Positions 21,547 through 35,114 of a stretch of DNA of 63,743 bases are shown in pieces. The notes beneath the pieces are model-generated. The model was not told where the DNA came from. It saw only the letters and a list, made by a program, of their open reading frames with translations, and ran no database searches. How positions within the stretch are numbered: position 1 is the first letter of the stretch; each line of letters begins with the position of its first letter. The stretch is from Amoebophrya sp. A120 (lineage: Eukaryota; Protista; Dinoflagellata). The stretch lies in contig CAJINV010000005.1 of NCBI GenBank assembly GCA_905178155.1, positions 5,793,754 to 5,857,496 on the forward strand, given 5' to 3'. The translations under genes were made by a program, and so were the position numbers.

Positions 21547-24500
21547 CTACGTGTAGTATTGAAAACGAAAATTTACTGTTGCTGTGGATAAATGTTCGTG
21601 TTCGACGTGTTCCTTTTCAACATCGTGGCTCTTGTTTGAATGATCAGGATCACCAGCAGGAGCTTTTCTACTAGTCACGGAACCAGCAGAAACAACACCA
21701 GAAGAAGCTGCTGCATCTCCTCGAAGTTGCGTGGTTTTTGAGCCGTCCTCCAAAACCAAAACACCACTGGGACGTAAGTGAGAAACAGGAACTTTGTTCG
21801 ACGTTGTTGCGTTCGTGCCCGTGGTCCCCTCGTCCGGAAGATGAGTTTGCTCGTTCATCGCGTTCACGACCACGACCACAGCGGAAGTTGATGAAGTACC
21901 ATCTGTATGCATTGCAAAAATGTCTGGGTCTGGAAGAATGCAGACTTGTCATGCATATTTTCTATGATGATTGATGTCTCTAATGCATACTCTAGCAACA
22001 CAGATTTTTAGGGGGCTTCCTAATGCCTATTCCGCATGAGAAATGCCCTCTCCGCGTAACACAAACCGGAGTCCTGTTGCTGGTCATGCAATACAGATTT
22101 TTTTTGGAATCCAAAGACAGCATTACAAGTGTCAATCTTCCAGACCCAGACACTTTTGCAATCCATAATCTGGATCTAGAATTTCTACCCGTTCTTCGAC
22201 AAGTAGATTTGGTCGACCTTCATCTTCTCCTCCCAATAGAAGTTGCGGATCAACAACAGGTTCTTGCTCAACACCTTCATCTTGTTCACATGATTCCTCG
22301 TCAACATCAACCAGCCCGTGCTGCATCTCGATCATATTCTCCACCTCGTCGACTTCATCCGCGATGAGATCTTCGACTGCGGTCGCCTCAGTATCTTCGA
22401 AGATTTCTTCGCCGTGCTTGTGGACCGCCCGTGCAGATGATCCACCGCCAGTGCGTTTTGTTGTAGTTATACCAAGAACGTCGACAACCTGCGAGGTCGT
22501 GGTGGGCCCGGGTGAAGTGCTCGGATGATTTTTTTTGCCTGTAGTCATGGCCGTAGTTGAGGAAGTATTTTTGTTGCTGGGCGTCGTCGTACACGTACTA
22601 CAAATCAGATTGGCAGCATCAGCAGTTGTTGTAATCATCTTGATCTTCGCAGCAGGAGTTGTCTTCACCTTGTTAGTACCGTGTGAAAGAAGATGCCGTG
22701 GGCGACCTTGTGCCCCCGCCGCACCCGCTCCGGAATGTGTATTCTTATTTTCCACCGCGGCAGCTTCTGCTGTTTTTGTTTCTCCAACATTTCCTCCCCC
22801 GCTCATCAAATTGGTCGTGGTGGATGCACTTAGTCCGGTCAGGAAGTAAGATTTGGTCAAACCCGATTTGTCTAACTTCATCTCCTTCTCCAAGTCTTTT
22901 TTCAATTCCTCCCATTTTGCTTGCTCTTGTTTGAAAGACACCGTTTTCCAGTAGGTCAAAACTTGCAAAGCGATTTGCTGCTCACTTGATTCATCATCTA
23001 CTCCACTATCTTGATCTTCTTCATGATCGTCCTCGAGATATCGTCCCGAGACCGGAACTGCGTCCTTGTTCGGCTGTTCCGTAGCGGTATTCTCGTTCTT
23101 TTTCTTCTTGGTCCTCGAGGGTTCGTGGTAGATATCGGGGTATTCGGCACCGGGAATCACGATGAATTCCGGGAGAAAGTAGTAGCGGTGCTTAGTCGTG
23201 ATAAAGTCGTCTCCATCGTGGTCCACTTTGACTTTACCAAGATCATTTTGCAGCTTCTCCTGCTGGTGGTCAGACTTGTCGTGGTCTGCCGCGAGACGGA
23301 GGTCGAGATGATCCACAATGCCGCTAGAATTCGCGCTAATATTCTGCACCATTTCCATGGTCGTCGCTTCTTTCGGCACTTGGAAAATAATTTCTTCTCC
23401 TTCTTCTCCCATTACTTCCATTCGCCTCGCCTTCAGTAGCACGCGCTTTCCAACGGTGGAGCTGCCGCTCTTGTAGTAGTTTTGGTACATCATAGTCAAC
23501 CCCTTGTCCCAGTAACAGATTTTTCCCCGCAGCAAAGGGTGCCGCCGCTTTTGCTTGATGTTGGTGGCGGTCGAAGGACCATTTTTACTGTCGTGGTCCG
23601 CATGAGTGGCTGCAATAGGACTGGTGATATCCCCGTCGAAATGGTCCGCGTCATCATGTTCAGGAGCTGCCCCGCATAATTCCTTCATGGCGCCGCTGCG
23701 AGCTTTCTGTTCCGCAGCTAGTTTATTTACCTTCGCCGGATGAACAATCTTCCCCCGCCGTTTTGTTCCCTCCCGAAGCTGGGTGCGCTTGAAATCGCGG
23801 TCAATCCGGGCCAGGCGGTCTTCCAACGTGTCCAGAACGTAATTTTGCGTGGTGTTGTTGCTTTTATTGTTGTTGGTGGAACAAGTCGTGGATGCTGATA
23901 GTGCAGTGTGATTTTTGCTGGCGTTCGTAGAAGTAGTGGTACTAACATTTTTATTCGTCTTCTCACCCTTGGAAACGAACATCTTCTGGCCGCGCAGCAA
24001 TTTATTTGCGTCTTGATTATTTTCAAATTCCAACTTTTTCATTGCACCCTTTTGACTAGAGGTCGTAGAAGTTTTCTGTTTCTTCTTCTCCGGTTGGAAA
24101 ATAGAAGTTTTGTTGAGTTTGTCGAACGTAGATCCACCCGGTTCAGCAGCAGTGTTGTTCCCCACAGCCGGCGAATAAGTGTAGTCGGAATACGCACCAG
24201 ACCGGGTGCGCTTTACGGAACGAGAGAGTGGCCCTTCCTGCTTCGACCCGGAATTTTTACCGGTGTGTCGTCGAGCAGGCGAGGTGGGCGACGAAGAGTC
24301 AGCGAGTAGTTGTGCATCTGCGCCGTCGTGGTCCGGTTTCTTGCCCTTTGCACTTGCAACTCGTACATCAGGAGTTTCTGTAGTACCGTGATCACGCGAG
24401 GACCCTCCTTTTGAAACTGTATCCGACTGTTGAGAGGCAGAGGACTGCGATCTGGTGCCGCACTGAAGATTTTGTTCATCTGTCTTCGCTTTCTCTGCCT

Positions 24501-24777
24501 GCGGAAGGATCTCGATGAATCGCTTCTTGCTCGCGCTTGCAGCTTCTGGAGTAGAGTCTGCAGCGCCGGAGGTGGTCGGGGTCACCAATGGCGCTACGAA
24601 ATAGCGTTTTGTCTCTTGCTGGTCGGCCTTGTTCCGCCGGATCTCTGCGGGGGATGACCGCTGGCGCCCTCGCTTGTTATTGTTTGCAGCTACAACCGCA
24701 GTTGAAGATTTGGGACGGTCTAGATCTACTTTGTTCAACTTCCGCGAAACGACCGTCGCCGAGTGGTTGTTCGCCAT
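21547..24777 (-). CDS. Large hypothetical low-complexity protein (two exons joined across an introner)
   Basis: 881-aa ORF joins the 21547-21905 ORF in frame (ILDPD-GTSSTS). Confidence 0.7.
21906..22167. mobile_element. Introner family B with A-type outer termini
   Basis: TATGCATTGCAAAAATGTCTGGGTCTGGAAG TIR; TSD ATCTG. Confidence 0.92.
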
Positions 24778-25088
24778 AGTACTATTGCTCCCCGGCAGCG
24801 CCGGATGAACTCCGACGGGGCGTTTCTTAGTCGCTGGCTCGTGTTTAGTCAGGTATGGGGACGACGAAAAAGCAGGTCCTCGTGCAGCAGGAGCTGCTTG
24901 CTATGACAGGAAAAAAACGTTGCTAGTGTAAATTTGTGATGCGCAACATGCAAGGTGATTGCGTCTGTCATGCTTGGCATGCGTCGTAGGGTCCATCAAA
25001 GGGCGTTTTCACGTACTATCTGCGCATGACAGGGTTTTGCTGTCATGTCAGACAAATTTGCAATGCTAATCCTCCAAGAAAGTTACAC

Positions 25089-26075
25089 CTACAATGTTTT
25101 TTTCTTGGATACTTGCTCTTGTTGGTTCAATAGCTGCGTCTTCCGCGCCGGCTTCGTATTTCCTTTGTAGTCCTCTTTGGGCGGGTGGTCGAAGAGATCA
25201 TAGGAAGTAGTGGGTCGTTCAAAATTGATATTACAACCGGTTTGCCCAGAAACGCGTACAGTGTTGTTTCCGCTGACAAATGGTGGTGGTGCCGTTGACG
25301 CAGCTTCTGCTATTTGTGATGTAGACCGATTACGACGACGAGCAGCGGGACTGTAGTTGTGGTTCTTGTTCAACTATACAACGCAAAAGCATCGCATTCG
25401 TTTCGTACTGATGGCAGTCATGCGTGACAATGTCCGTGACAGATCATCTATGACATGACTTCGAAGTAGGAAAACCAGCATTTTTACATGGAGAATACAT
25501 TTTTTTTCATGATCTATTGCTATTGGCAAAGTTTGTGATGTCGCAGTTTCCACCCAGTACAACAATGCGTATGTTGTAATGCGTACAGACAGCACGACAC
25601 CAGCAGTCGGTGTCGCAGCAACCTTGTTCTTCTTGTTCTTCCCGACACTGACTGAGGTCGGCGTAGAAGCGGTATAACTGGTGTTCGTAGCAGTGGGAGT
25701 ACTACTACTTGGTGTAGTTGCAGACACCGTTCTCGCGGACGAGTTGTGGTCCTTTTTGTTCATCGGCTCTTCCCTGTTCATCTTTGATGAATTCGCGTGA
25801 TCAAAACTTCCGTAGCCGTGATAGGAGGTTGTCACGATTTTTGCGACGTTTCTACCTGTGCGTCCGTTCTTGGAGGCTCCTGTAGAAGTTGTACCGCCCC
25901 CGCCTTTCTTGTTCCCTGGAGCAGAAGGAGGTCCTCCGGCGGTACAACCAGCACGAGAACGGCGTGCCGCGTCGACCATATGTAGGGTGTCAACGCGGTT
26001 GTTGAGGTAGGATGTGGAGGCATTGCTCAAGTGGTCTTCCTCGTCTTCAGGGACCAGAGGTCGAGTCGCCGACAT
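25089..26075 (-). CDS. Hypothetical S/T/N-rich exons separated by a degenerate element (~25375-25585)
   Basis: Two adjacent ORFs; decayed family-A-like terminus at 25375. Confidence 0.45.
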
Positions 26076-27103
26076 TTTGCTTCACGTTTTGCTTTCAGTA
26101 GAAAGTAGAGGCGGAAGCGGGAAACGTCAATCGAGGAACAATAACAAAATGCTCGTCTTCAGCTACAACAGCTTCACTCTAGATGAACAAAAATGAAAGT
26201 ACGTCCTCAAAAACCTACCCGATAGAGAACTACATCCCGGCAGAAGAAGCAACAGCTGGTGGAGACGAGTAAACACATAAAAACAACCACCACCGCCCTT
26301 TGCAGAAGTTCGCTCAGACCGGAAGGCCATGAAAAACCATATGACCGCGTTGAATTCAGAAAAAATAGAGATACGCAATGTAGTAAAAGTAGTTGCATGA
26401 TGCTCCACATTTTTTACATTAAAAGTAGCCCCAAAAGAAATTCGACTCCGTTTCTTTCCTTCACTTACTTACCCGGGCACTTTGAAGATTTTTGTTTTTC
26501 TGAAGCAGGTCATGTGCGGGAAAACGAAAAACAAAGATTTGCTCGACTCAGAGGGACCGATTTTTGCTCAGTACCCGCGACAAAGAGAAGTGGCTCGCGA
26601 GTAAATACAATATTGTCGTAAAACAAATGACAGTTGAGGCGAGTTCTGCGAAAAACCGATGTGACCGAGGTGACGTCTTGTTCGGAGAAATAGGTTTCAA
26701 ATTCAACAATTTTCAAGAAAAACAAGAGCCCGAAGCCGAAAGCCCCACACAGTCAGAAAAACCGGTCGTGACATCAATCAACCTTTACATTCTGATTTCC
26801 AAGAAACAGGAACACGAAACACAATAAACCGCTGGAAAAAGGCTCCTGATATTTGTACTGCTCCAAAAATCTGCTTGAGTTTTCATCTTACAGGGAAAAA
26901 GACCGAGCACAGCGTCAGCGCTTTGCGCAGCGTCATTTTTCCTGCCCGATAACACAAGGTCCAAATTGAAATTCGAAACGGAACGACCTAATGTAGAATT
27001 TCATGACCACACCAACAATATGTTGAGTGGTGGCGGCATGATTTTTGCTTATACAATTATATATCTTCTTTTACATCGGTGTAGTATTCCTCCTCCGTCC
27101 TCG

Positions 27104-29251
27104 TCAGACCGCGTCCACCATGCTACTAAGCTGCAAGTGTCTTGTCAAGGGCAATACCTTCTTTCCGAAAGACCACCACGACGACTGCTGTCGTTTCCCG
27201 CCCTTTTCATCCTCGCCTGCAGCTGCAGAATTGGAAGTGAACGTCCCTTGTAGAAGTTGTAACTTGTGGTTCCGTCGCATGCCGTCCCCAAGAACTGCGC
27301 TCGTTGTTGTTGTACGACCCGAAGGTGGCCCCGATTCGCCGTCAGGTCCACTGAGACCAGCCCCACCGCCTTCTGAAGACAGCTCTGCTATGGGCTCAAG
27401 AACGGTGGTTTGCTGTAGTGTGCCTTTTTTCAAGAAATGACTTCTGTTGTATTTATTCGATCTCCTACTGCTGCTTTTTCCGACGTGGTTTTTCATCTTG
27501 CCGATTGATGTAGTAGTTGTTGACCTTTTATTCACATCACCTGCCCTCGCAGTTCGAGTTCCTCGCGCTGCGGCGGCCCACGATGGCGCAATGGTTTTCT
27601 TCAGAACACCCACCCCATTTTCGATTTTCTCCCGGACCACTTTCTTCAGCTGTCCGTCGAAAAAGGCGTAGTTGGCAATACTCAAGAAGAGAAACAAGAA
27701 AAAACAGCACCGCAGACAGGCGGCCAAGTTGGTGAAGAAGATCTCGCAGTAGTTTTCGAAACCAAGCACTGCTGCATCTTTCGTAGGGGCTTTTGGTATT
27801 ATACCTCCTACGACCGGCACTCCAGGTGCACCAGCTACAAAAACAGACGTTAACGTCGTTGACAAATTTTCCTCATCGATAATTTTCTTCATTTTTTCAT
27901 CCTGGTCCTGACTCGCCGTTCTTGCAGCATGACTTCCATCAGTGAGTTCGTCGGTCGACCACGACGGCGGGGTCGCTGTGCTGACGGGTGCCTCATTTTG
28001 TCGCGTAGTTGTTGCTGGAAATGAATAATAAGTGGGTAGAGTAGAAGAGCTTATTCTTGTAGACGAACTAGAACTACTAGCAGCAGCAAGAGAAGAAGAG
28101 TCGTGGTTTGGAGGAGAAAACAACGCAGCTTCATGATCCGACAATCGGGACGACGTTCCATCTGTTGTCGTTCGAGCTCCTGGGCGCCGGGCCCCCTGAT
28201 GTTGGTGCTGATCTGGCGGTCCTCCTCCTTCTCCTTGTGGAGTTGTAGCCACTCGATTACTAGATGAAACCGGCGCTGTTTTAGTAAGTTTCCCTATTCT
28301 ACTCTGCTCGTCTCTTAACTCGTTTTCTTCCGGCGACGCAAAACTCGGAGTCAGAAACAACACACGACGAGAATTATCTCTGTTGTGGTCACTGCCAGTA
28401 TATCCGGCTGCATCAGCTCCTCCTCCTCCTCCTTCATCTGCGACTCTAATATCACTGTTGCTGCTGCTTCTCTCCGACAATAATTCCTGTTGCTCCTTCA
28501 ACATGTTTTGGCCCATTATCGTGTCTTCAGTTGGAGGAGTGGGCACGAAACTTCCACCCTGAGCAGAACCGCCTCCTGGTGGTGACGCAGCTTCTGGCCA
28601 AACAAAAACCGCCTTTGATGCAGCTGGTGGTGGTCCTCCTCGTCCTGTTCGAGTCGCCGCGCTGCCATTGCTTTTGCTGTTTTTTTGAGGCCTCCCGTGA
28701 ATGGTTTTCACCGTCGACCCATAATTACCTGCAGCTGCACTACGACTACTCGCGGCCTGTGAAGGAGCTCTAATTGACGTCGTTCTAGTTGCACCAGCTG
28801 CTGCTCCTGCAATTATCTTGCTCACAGGGGCAGCTTCACCTCCAGCGCCGCTTGGCTGCATCTGCATCACAAATTCTGCGTTCACGACAACGGGGACGAT
28901 CCCAAACTGCAGAGGAGCATCATCTTGGGCGAGGTCGCAATTGGTGGAATTGCACGTTTCTGGTAGTTGGTGAAACAACAATACCAGCTGGTGAACCTCC
29001 GGTAGAAATGAATGCGCCACTGCGAGTAGTAAAACAAGCGCTGATTTGCTGTGGTGACCAGCACGAGGAAACGCAAACGACCACGGGATGCCGAGGGCAT
29101 TTTCGAGGGAGCGAGCACTTGGTGCTGTTCCTGCTCTGCTCATGTTGCTCAATAAACACGTCTTGTTCATCGGGGATATTAAGGTCGAGTCGGTCTTCTG
29201 GGAATAAAAGAGGAGGGAGCAATGAAAACCGAAGACGTCGTCCTGCTTCAC
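27104..29251 (-). CDS. Hypothetical protein, low complexity, with one predicted TM segment
   Basis: 715-aa ORF; hydrophobic stretch LAACLRCCFFLFLFLSIANYAFF; true start uncertain. Confidence 0.6.
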   Translation of the reverse strand: MKQDDVFGFHCSLLFYSQKTDSTLISPMNKTCLLSNMSRAGTAPSARSLENALGIPWSFAFPRAGHHSKSALVLLLAVAHSFLPEVHQLVLLFHQLPETCNSTNCDLAQDDAPLQFGIVPVVVNAEFVMQMQPSGAGGEAAPVSKIIAGAAAGATRTTSIRAPSQAASSRSAAAGNYGSTVKTIHGRPQKNSKSNGSAATRTGRGGPPPAASKAVFVWPEAASPPGGGSAQGGSFVPTPPTEDTIMGQNMLKEQQELLSERSSSNSDIRVADEGGGGGADAAGYTGSDHNRDNSRRVLFLTPSFASPEENELRDEQSRIGKLTKTAPVSSSNRVATTPQGEGGGPPDQHQHQGARRPGARTTTDGTSSRLSDHEAALFSPPNHDSSSLAAASSSSSSTRISSSTLPTYYSFPATTTRQNEAPVSTATPPSWSTDELTDGSHAARTASQDQDEKMKKIIDEENLSTTLTSVFVAGAPGVPVVGGIIPKAPTKDAAVLGFENYCEIFFTNLAACLRCCFFLFLFLSIANYAFFDGQLKKVVREKIENGVGVLKKTIAPSWAAAARGTRTARAGDVNKRSTTTTSIGKMKNHVGKSSSRRSNKYNRSHFLKKGTLQQTTVLEPIAELSSEGGGAGLSGPDGESGPPSGRTTTTSAVLGDGMRRNHKLQLLQGTFTSNSAAAGEDEKGGKRQQSSWWSFGKKVLPLTRHLQLSSMVDAV

Positions 29252-31737
29252 TTACAATGCCCTCGACCTGGGCCGCATCGAGACCAGACGATGAGAATAG
29301 GCAAACGGGGGGGTACAACTCCTGGTGACGCGAAATAATTTCATAACGGCGACGATTATTTTCTTTGGACCCCCAATCCGAATTCGCATGCACGAGAAAG
29401 ACCCGTGCACGAAAAAGACCCACGAGAAAGACTGACGGCTCGGCGGACAGGTTATTGCCATTTATTGCGCTGACAAGGAAAAGCAAAGAGCTTTTCAGTC
29501 GGACCGGCCGGCGAGGCCGAGGCGCGGTCAGAACTTGACGATGACGACGACGTCTCTACAAAAAAGAGCAGTATGTTGCACGACACGATTTTATAAATCA
29601 GACGAAACCACCACGAAAGGAAAGAACGAAAACAACAAACCGTCCGACACCGACGCCAAGGAACGAACTGCACTACGAGCGAACCGAGATGACGAGCAGG
29701 AACCGAAAGAAAGCAGGTCGCAACGTTTTTTGTATTGTGCTGTGTATGTTGCCCAAGCTAAACCGCCCTGCTGTCGGGAAGCAAAATAGTACTACTCCTT
29801 CTACTTACTTATTGAGTACGAGCACCAGTACGAGGACGACAAACTGAACCACTTCACCCTCAGGACCAGCAATAACGTAAACTCATTGCCACGAAAATTG
29901 CCTCTAGAAATCACAGAGTTTTTGGGAGTTCCTTGTTCATGTCGACATCGGTTTCGCTTTTTTCTCGGGCTGCGAGCAGGGGGATCTTGTACTCGTACTT
30001 TCTTTCATTTGGTCGTCGCTCATATATTGTACTGGGGCTGATACGATCATGGAAAAAAAAGGATGAAATCGCTGAAAGCACAAGTGAAGAAACTGGAAAT
30101 CGTAAGCGGTCGATATTAATCATAGTTAGTTGTTAACTTCTCTGCAGCAACAAGGTTTATAAGAATTTGTTTCGACGTCAAAGAAAAAGTAGTTCGTATA
30201 AGGCTCTTCATGATCAAAGTAAAACGATATGGAAAAAAGAAGTAGTGAAATAGAAAATTCTACGAGTCCAACCTTGCGGGCTACGCGGTTTGGTTTCCCT
30301 TAATATTTACGATAGCGATACTAGTGACAGTCGTTGGGTTCGTCCTCTTTCGATTTTTCAACACAACAAAAACGCAAGCTCTATTTTTTGGTTTTTGCAA
30401 ACGGCCCCTGAAGAGCTTGACAGCGAGGGGCCTTCGCGATCTAAGAGAATAGCCGTGCCGGTTGCAGCTGCTCATCTGCACTGGATGGCCGCATTGACCA
30501 CCTCCAGGCTGCACGACTCTTGGTCTGGAGCCGTTTTAACTCAAAGAGAGCGGCGTAAAAAACATGACCAAACAAACAATACTGGAAGTTGCTTTTTCAT
30601 CGCGGGTTGATAACTAAGTGTAAGATCATTTTGCGGTACCACTGCTTCCCCTCGTGATAAGCTGGCACGACCGCCAAGAAGAAGAACGAATCATTCCCCC
30701 TCGGACCACCCGTTGCTCATTACGAGGCCTTGGCAACGCACTTGCCGTGTCAACTCGCACTTCCCATCGGACTGTCCGGCGCAGTAATCGAGTCCGAGAT
30801 ATGAAATGCGAATACGCACTGCTCCCTCATGATGTAGTCCGCGTCAAAACCCTACGTATAATAGAACTCCGAGCAGGCACAGCACGACTCGAAGTTCAAC
30901 ATCGTGCCACGCATGTGATTGTCATGCTGGTGGTGCGGCGCTTCACATTTAGATTTACATTTATTGGCAGATACAAAACACGAGACGAGTTGTGGCCGAC
31001 CACTGGAGAGGTGCTCCGGAAGTGGCAGACATGCTATGGTGGTCATAGCATGGCACTATAGAGCTGCTTCGATCCAAGAAACGAGCTCTTCGGTTGTACT
31101 GCAACTGCTGCTGACACCAGACATCAATAGACGAACAGACGACCTGTACTAGACCACAGGTGCCTCTCATGCAAGGGAGCATGACAAGAATTACCATCAG
31201 CGGAACAGGAGTAAAGGGCGGAGGAAGATCTTCAACGGCAGCAGTGTTGATTTGTCTCGCATACATCTATCAGACCCCCCCCATAGATATCCGTCAAAGC
31301 CCCGCAGTCCAAACACTGCTCTGCTCCGTCGTTTTCCCACACCCGTGGACAGAAGGGAGGTACTCCTCGGTCCGGGCAGCCGTTTGCCTCGATCTTCAGC
31401 ATCTCGTCTTTCTTTTTCTGCGTCCAGACACATTGGTGGCCTTCACTCGGAGCTATCAAGTGAAAAGGTGAAGCTAGCAGCTGTTTATCCCATGCACCGA
31501 GGGAACGAAGATAGATGAGGCAGTCTTTTTTAGCTTTTCCGACATTTGCAATTGCAAACGCTTGCTCTCAGCCGCATAATTATGCTGTCGTATGAACTAC
31601 TAGTGTATGAGTCTTGTTTATTTCTTGCAAGTCCTTCAATGCATAAACAAACGAAGCTTGCTTTTCGACTCGTCTTCCAGTTGTCCCAACATCCAATGGA
31701 GAGAAAGACGATACGAAGGTACAGCAGGGTAGCACTA

Positions 31738-33020
31738 TCAAGAACATTCATTTTTCAGGTTGATAGCCTGTAGCCCGCAAGCGTTTTCGGTCTTGATCGC
31801 GCCGCAGGAGGTAAACGATACGCAACACTGTGCCTCGTCATCGCTGGTGCATTCTTCCGCTCCACAATGCAGCGCCTTCACATCAGCGCGCATGTTGTCC
31901 GTGGTGACCTCAGGATGAACGGAGCCAGTTGCTTGACAAATCCGCTTCGCTTCGACCCCCTGCAGGCAAGTTTCGTGACCAGAAGTTGCCGCAGGAGCCT
32001 CCTTGCAGCACGCGTCCACATCTTCCTCGCCGCACTCGGCGCTGCTGCAGCTGATTGGATGTCCAGCGCAAAAGCAGCGCAATCGCACCAGCTGCAATAT
32101 TGAATGACAAATTCGAATTTCATCACACGATCATCCTTCTAATTTAGCGCTCTTTAGCTACAAATTGTTGTATCTGGTTGAATGTTGCAGCGTCATCTTT
32201 CAAAAGATCCTTGCTGTATAATGCAACTTCCACTAGTGCGATTCTTTTGCGATGCGTATCGATTCCGGAGACTCCGCCACTCCGTTCGCACAGGTGAACT
32301 TTTTGGCCTCGAACCCCGCTTCGCACGTCTGCTGCTGGCGGTGGTTACTCGGTAGAGCCAACTTGAGCGCCTCGATGTATCCAACGTAAAAATGAATGTA
32401 CTTCCCTTCCCCGCGCCAGTAGGTCGCATCTAAACGAAATCTCGAATGTAGTGCGGACAGTGTCCTCTCATGCGACTGCGCATGCAGTGAGGTATTTTCT
32501 AGTCGTGGTTTGCAAGTTATCGCGCTCCTGTAATGGGAATGAAAAACAGGAGTCGTCGAGATTATATGGCAACTACAGCTCACCACATCTACTAATGCAC
32601 TGGATCCGAATTTCTTCTTGTCGCGCATGAATGCGAAAAGTATGTACTTAATTACTTGATTTGCATAGCAGATTCCCCGTCTTGTTCACCAGGACGGGGT
32701 CGTGGGGACAACTACGTTTTTACACATGATACAACACAGCACTGAGCCTCGTCAACTGTGGCGCACGTGGCTCCCGCGCACTCCAGCGCCTTCGCTGTTT
32801 CATCCATGGTGGCGTTGGTGAGAAGTGGATCTTGACAGATCAGTTTTTGGGCAACCCCGTCCACGCATTTCTGCTTGGTGGCGGAACCCCCTCCCGGAGG
32901 CGCAGCAGTGGTCACGGCAGAAACGACGGCGATCGGAGCAGCGGGCAGTTCCAACGGCGCCGGAGTGTCAATGTCACAGCCCGTTATCCAGTGGAAAAAG
33001 TAAAATTGCGTGGCCTACAC
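31738..33020 (-). CDS. Cys-rich repeat protein, probably secreted or surface-exposed
   Basis: Three units of C..G.. K..C ... C...C...D...CC; in-frame joins across decayed elements 32378-32731 and 32060-32258. Confidence 0.6.
32060..32258. mobile_element. Degenerate family-A introner
   Basis: Decayed TIRs; excision gives ESPES-ISCSSAEC; TSD eroded. Confidence 0.55.
32378..32731. mobile_element. Degenerate family-E introner
   Basis: Right end ACGTTTTTACACATGATA; excision gives QCCV-EALKL; TSD eroded. Confidence 0.6.
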
Positions 33021-33270
33021 GAGATGCTATGGCGATCCGTAAAATGAAGTCAGAGATGTTGATATCGCCTGCTCGTGGTCCAACACAGGATGTCTCCATG
33101 TTCTGCTTTGACAGAAATGGCAACTAGAACTACGGGATGAACCACAGCTCTGTAAAAAGAACCTCAGGAGCAGTTCCAGTTGGTGCTCCTACGAAGGGCA
33201 CTTTTACTTGACAACACATTCACATGACAAGTTCCAACAATACCTTTGCCTACAGTTGTAGGTACCTCTT

Positions 33271-33839
33271 CTACGGGGTCCTCGCCGGCGTGGAGGCCAC
33301 GCTATGAATAATTTTTGTCACGATCATACCCACTTTGGCTTGTTTATGGCGTTCTCAAATGTTACATTCTCAACTGTAACATGATTTGTCAACGTCCACA
33401 AACTGAAGCTACTCCGCATGACAAATTTTGGAAGGGCTAAACAGGATGAGGATCTGTGCCGAATTTGTAATGCAAGAGTTACAAGATCCGGCCTTTCCCT
33501 GTTGCCATTCTTGCGTCACAAATTCATGTAACAGCTGAGAATGTAACAATTGAGAGTCCCATATTGTTCCTTCTTCGTGAAAAATTTGTGTAGAAACGCG
33601 GTTTTGTTCTTGCCGTGGCTCCGGCGGTTCTCGCGCTCCTGCTCCTGCACGACAGTTGTGCGGCCGCGGCGGGGGCCACCCGCCTGCTTGTTCAGAATGG
33701 TAGCAGTGTACGCTTGGACAAGCACATCGGGGCCGGTAAAGTTAGTGATGTGGCCCCCCGCCAACAAGCACGGGAGAAAAAAGTGCTTTTTCAACATCGT
33801 GGTGAATCTGGACAGTTCAGCAGACAGCGCCGGCGCCAT
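33271..33839 (-). CDS. Small hypothetical protein or 5' exons with a hydrophobic N-terminus
   Basis: Frame continues across introner 33345-33563 (KKEQ-AKVGMIV). Confidence 0.5.
33345..33563. mobile_element. Introner family F (TIR ..TCTCA.ATGTTACATTCTCARCTG)
   Basis: ~45-bp TIR; TSD TTGTT; related to 41362-41597. Confidence 0.9.
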
Positions 33840-35114
33840 GGTTTTTGTAGTGCCGGATCGAGCTTCTTGGATTTGGATTTAGAAGAAGCAAACTCCTGTA
33901 GCTCCTCGTAGTGGAAAAAGTAGGTTCTACTTTTGTATTTGTGGTAAGGGGATGCCTTCTTGTACAAAACGCGACGTATAACAGTTTTGAGTTGGAGTAG
34001 TTTGAGAGTTATTTCTTCGAAGATGAAGGCACAGAGGCAGTAGATCTTCCGTTGGTTTTTGTCCTCGGGCTTTCCTGTAGGTTATAATTTGTGGAGACGG
34101 AGTCTTCTATTTTGTTCTCCTGCTACGGATAAAAAAAATCTCGTCACTTCCGGAGTACGAAGAGTCCGCTGCAAGAGAGCCGCGGGCGGGGAAGCAAGAT
34201 CGATGAGGCCGCAGCAGCAGCTCCACAGAACTTACTTTACTATGCTTCCATAAGTAGGGTGGTGTCAAGCGTCACACTCACATGATGCCAACTTTTTTGT
34301 GCACGAGCGAAAATAGAAATCCTTTCTCCTGTCTACCATAGTCGGCGGCATTCGTTCTAATGGTAGTTGTACGAAATAACATGGTCGTATAGTGCCATCA
34401 CGAGAAATAACGCAAACAACGAACAGACCAGCGGACGATTTGCGGGCTCTGTACAACGCACGAATTATTAATTATAGTACCGATTCATCTTCTTGGCTTT
34501 ACTTCATCACCCTGCACCGAATGTCCGAAGTATTGCTTTCTAGTGCTACGAAAACCACGAGGGGCTAAACAATCAAAGTACGATTACTGCGCTGGACATC
34601 GAGATGAAGAAAACGTACCTTGCCGCAAGAAGAACGCCAAAAAGTAAAACGGGAAAAATCTGCACGATGCACCAAGAGGACGAACCGACGCCAGGTTTTT
34701 GACAGTAAAAATCCAAAGAAGATCGCCGACTTTTTTTATTTGTACGAAATACGATGAGGCTGACCGAGACTTCTGCTTGAAAAACTCCAGCAGAGTCACT
34801 CGCTGAAGACCGAGAATCTTCGAAATTTTTTTCACGACAATGAGAACGACAGCCGAAGCTTCCAGCACACAGGTTCAAATAATTGTTGTAACAAACGGAT
34901 GAGATCATCTTCTTGAAATAACCAAGCGTCTAAAGCGAAAACTACCAGTGCTGTAGTCATATCATGTACCCTCAGATCAAAAGTGTTACAGAGGTTCCGA
35001 AGACGGCTATCCTGCTTGTTGTTTATTCTTCATTGCCCCCTCAGCGGCCAAAGCTTAGAATGACAGAACGACTACACTTTATTTTCATCTCATGCTGGTT
35101 AGGGTTAGTAAGTA

